Part shown: piece by piece, positions 53,001-54,993 of the stretch
How the letters are laid out: each line of letters begins with the position of its first letter
Position numbering within the stretch: position 1 is the stretch's first letter
From: a virus
Lineage: Duplodnaviria > Heunggongvirae > Uroviricota > Caudoviricetes
Length of the DNA stretch: 54,993 nucleotides
IMG/VR virus record: IMGVR_UViG_2923302340_000009
Location: 1 to 54,993 of that record
Direction: 5' to 3' (one strand)
Program-made: the position numbers and the translations under genes
Notes under the pieces: model-generated
The model's input: only the letters and a program-made list of their open reading frames with translations
The model's database searches: none
Told to the model about the DNA's origin: nothing

Positions 53001-53021
53001 AAATCATCATGGAGCTACAGG
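53001..53021 (+). terminator. rho-independent terminator after the DGQHR gene
   Basis: The hairpin ggagc-tacag-gctcc is followed by tttttt. Confidence 0.75.
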
Positions 53022-53086
53022 CTCCTTTTTTATTATTCGCATTCACCCTCAAGCGTATTAACCAACAATTCAGGGATTAATGAAAG

Positions 53087-53305
53087 ATGGCAGACATCAT
53101 TGATTCAGCATCAGAAATCGAAGAATTACAGCGCAATACAGCAATAAAAATGCGTCGTCTGAACTACCAGACTGTATCCGCAACTCATTGTTGTGAGTGT
53201 GGCGATCCGATAGATGAGCGAAGACGCCTGGCTGTTCAGGGTTGTCGGACTTGTGCTAGTTGCCAGGAGGAGATCGAACTTAAGAACAAACAATGGGGAC
53301 TGTGA
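53087..53305 (+). CDS. TraR/DksA-family C4 zinc-finger protein
   Basis: 72 aa with CCECGDPIDERRRLAVQGCRTCASC. Confidence 0.8.
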   Translation: MADIIDSASEIEELQRNTAIKMRRLNYQTVSATHCCECGDPIDERRRLAVQGCRTCASCQEEIELKNKQWGL

Positions 53306-53352
53306 TGGCCTCAAAGCAGCAAATTTCAACATCGTCCAACTGAGGTGTAAAA

Positions 53353-53631
53353 ATGTTCAGAATCATTTTTCCTAACACCTGGTACGTCGACCACCACGGC
53401 ACTCCCTGCAAAATCCTGCGTTCTACCCACAACAAAGTTCACTACATCCGAAAAGGCAGAACATGTATCGCCAGCATGTTCCGCTTTAATCATGACTTTG
53501 AACCTGTGAATAAAGCTGATGCAGATCGGATAGCAGAAGAGATCGAAACGGCAGAACACATTAAGAAGTTACGTGACATGCGTTCAAAAAGCAGAGGTAA
53601 CCATGGAATCATACAGCCTCACACTCGATGA
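53353..53631 (+). CDS. DUF4222-like small protein
   Basis: 92 aa. WYVDHHGTPCKILRSTHNKVHYIRKGRTCIASMFRFNHDFEPV resembles the island ORF at 29805-30104. Confidence 0.5.
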   Translation: MFRIIFPNTWYVDHHGTPCKILRSTHNKVHYIRKGRTCIASMFRFNHDFEPVNKADADRIAEEIETAEHIKKLRDMRSKSRGNHGIIQPHTR

Positions 53632-53974
53632 GGCCTGTCAGTTTCTTAAGATATCCAGACCAACCGCCACCAACTGGATACGAACAGGCCGCCTACAGGC
53701 AACACGTAAAGATCCAACCAAGCCAAAATCTCCTTACCTCACAACACGGCAAGCCTGCATTGCGGCGCTTCAGTCTCCGCTGCATACTGTCCAGGTGAGC
53801 GCGGGTGATGGCATAACAGAGGAAAGAAAATGTCACTCTTCCGCAGAAATGAAATATGGTATGCCTCGTATTCGCTCCCGGGCGGGAAACGAATTAAGGA
53901 ATCTCTTGGCACAAAGGACAAGCGGCAAGCTCAGGAGTTGCACGACAAGCGAAAAGCAGAACTCTGGCGTGTAG
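53603..53974 (+). CDS. xis: excisionase (P22 Xis-like HTH)
   Basis: [50 protein letters not shown] follows an AGAGG RBS. The 3' end overlaps int. Confidence 0.75.
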   Translation: MESYSLTLDEACQFLKISRPTATNWIRTGRLQATRKDPTKPKSPYLTTRQACIAALQSPLHTVQVSAGDGITEERKCHSSAEMKYGMPRIRSRAGNELRNLLAQRTSGKLRSCTTSEKQNSGV

Positions 53975-54993
53975 AAAAGCTAGGGGATTTACCTGATGTC
54001 ACTTTTGAAGAGGCCTGCCTAAGATGGCTTGAGGAAAAAGCTGATAAAAAATCTCTCGATTCAGATAAAAGCCGGATTGAGTTCTGGCTTGAACATTTTG
54101 AGGGTATAAGGCTTAAAGATATCTCGGAGGCAAAGATTTACTCTGCTGTAAGCAGAATGCATAACAGAAAGACGAAAGAAATATGGAAACAGAAAGTTCA
54201 GGCCGCTATCAGGAAAGGTAAAGAACCGCCTGTTTATGAACCAAAGCCAGTATCAACTCAGACAAAGGCAAAGCATCTTGCCATGATAAAGGCCATTCTC
54301 CGTGCTGCAGAACGCGACTGGAAGTGGCTGGAAAAAGCGCCTGTCATCAAGATACCAGCGGTCAGAAACAAGCGAGTCAGATGGCTGGAAAAGGAGGAAG
54401 CAAAACGCCTTATTGATGAGTGCCCCGAACCACTGAAATCTGTCGTCAAGTTTGCGCTGGCAACTGGTCTGAGAAAGTCGAACATCATAAATCTGGAATG
54501 GCAACAAATCGACATGCAGCGACGAGTTGCCTGGGTGAATCCAGAAGAGAGCAAATCAAACCGCGCCATTGGTGTGGCGCTGAACGATACCGCCTGTAAA
54601 GTGTTGCGTGATCAAATAGGCAAGCATCACAAATGGGTGTTTGTACATACCAAGGCGGCTAAGCGAGCAGATGGAACATCAACGCCTGCGGTCAGGAAGA
54701 TGCGCATCGACAGCAAGACATCATGGCTATCAGCTTGTCGTCGTGCAGGAATTGAAGATTTCCGTTTCCATGACCTCAGACACACCTGGGCAAGCTGGCT
54801 GATTCAGTCAGGCGTCCCATTATCAGTGCTTCAGGAAATGGGCGGATGGGAGTCCATAGAAATGGTTCGTAGGTATGCTCACCTTGCGCCTAATCATTTG
54901 ACAGAGCATGCGAGGAAAATAGACGACATTTTTGGTGATAATGTCCCAAATATGTCCCACTCTGGAATTATGGAGGATATAAAGAAGGCGTAA
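53830..54993 (+). CDS. int: tyrosine integrase, P22 / DLP12 IntD type
   Basis: 387 aa. [40 protein letters not shown]...[39 protein letters not shown]. The stop codon is the last base of the window, so the att site lies outside. Confidence 0.95.
   Translation: MSLFRRNEIWYASYSLPGGKRIKESLGTKDKRQAQELHDKRKAELWRVEKLGDLPDVTFEEACLRWLEEKADKKSLDSDKSRIEFWLEHFEGIRLKDISEAKIYSAVSRMHNRKTKEIWKQKVQAAIRKGKEPPVYEPKPVSTQTKAKHLAMIKAILRAAERDWKWLEKAPVIKIPAVRNKRVRWLEKEEAKRLIDECPEPLKSVVKFALATGLRKSNIINLEWQQIDMQRRVAWVNPEESKSNRAIGVALNDTACKVLRDQIGKHHKWVFVHTKAAKRADGTSTPAVRKMRIDSKTSWLSACRRAGIEDFRFHDLRHTWASWLIQSGVPLSVLQEMGGWESIEMVRRYAHLAPNHLTEHARKIDDIFGDNVPNMSHSGIMEDIKKA

Overview
The window holds one lambdoid prophage of an Escherichia-type host. 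It runs from the tail-fibre end on the left to a P22/DLP12-type integrase whose stop codon is the last base of the window. Late genes lie on the minus strand. The morphogenesis block is recognisably phage lambda: cos, Nu1, A, W, B, C/Nu3, D, E, FI, FII, Z, U, V, G/G-T, H, M, L, K, I, J, lom and the stf N-terminus. The early half looks like an intact DLP12-like phage: int-xis, exo-bet-gam, a non-lambda cI / YdaS-type cro / YdaT-type immunity region, O/P with in-gene iterons, ren, emrE, ybcN-ninE-ybcO-rusA, Q, PR', and holin-R-Rz/Rz1. Two insertions interrupt essential head genes. (1) A 2,699-bp IS66-family element with an 8-bp target duplication sits in the first codons of FII. (2) A 10,900-bp integrase-bearing island splits portal gene B precisely (276 + 257 codons = 533) between imperfect direct repeats. 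The island reads as a phage satellite of PICI/P4-like type. It carries a P4-type int, two AlpA-like regulators, a Bro-N protein, an Icd-like protein, a primase-helicase with an adjacent iteron origin, and an SSB. It also has its own lambda-type cos with a diverged cosB, a Nu1-like small terminase, and paralogues of lambda capsid protein E and decoration protein D. It has no portal, protease, large terminase or tail genes, and it is strikingly rich in Chi octamers. The prophage accessory loci carry orphan candidate defence or cargo genes: a DGQHR (DndB-like) protein after exo, a P-loop ATPase next to emrE, a DUF3800-like gene antisense between PR' and the holin, and a small ORF after Rz. All family assignments come from reading the translated ORFs and from memory of reference phage proteins; no searches were run.
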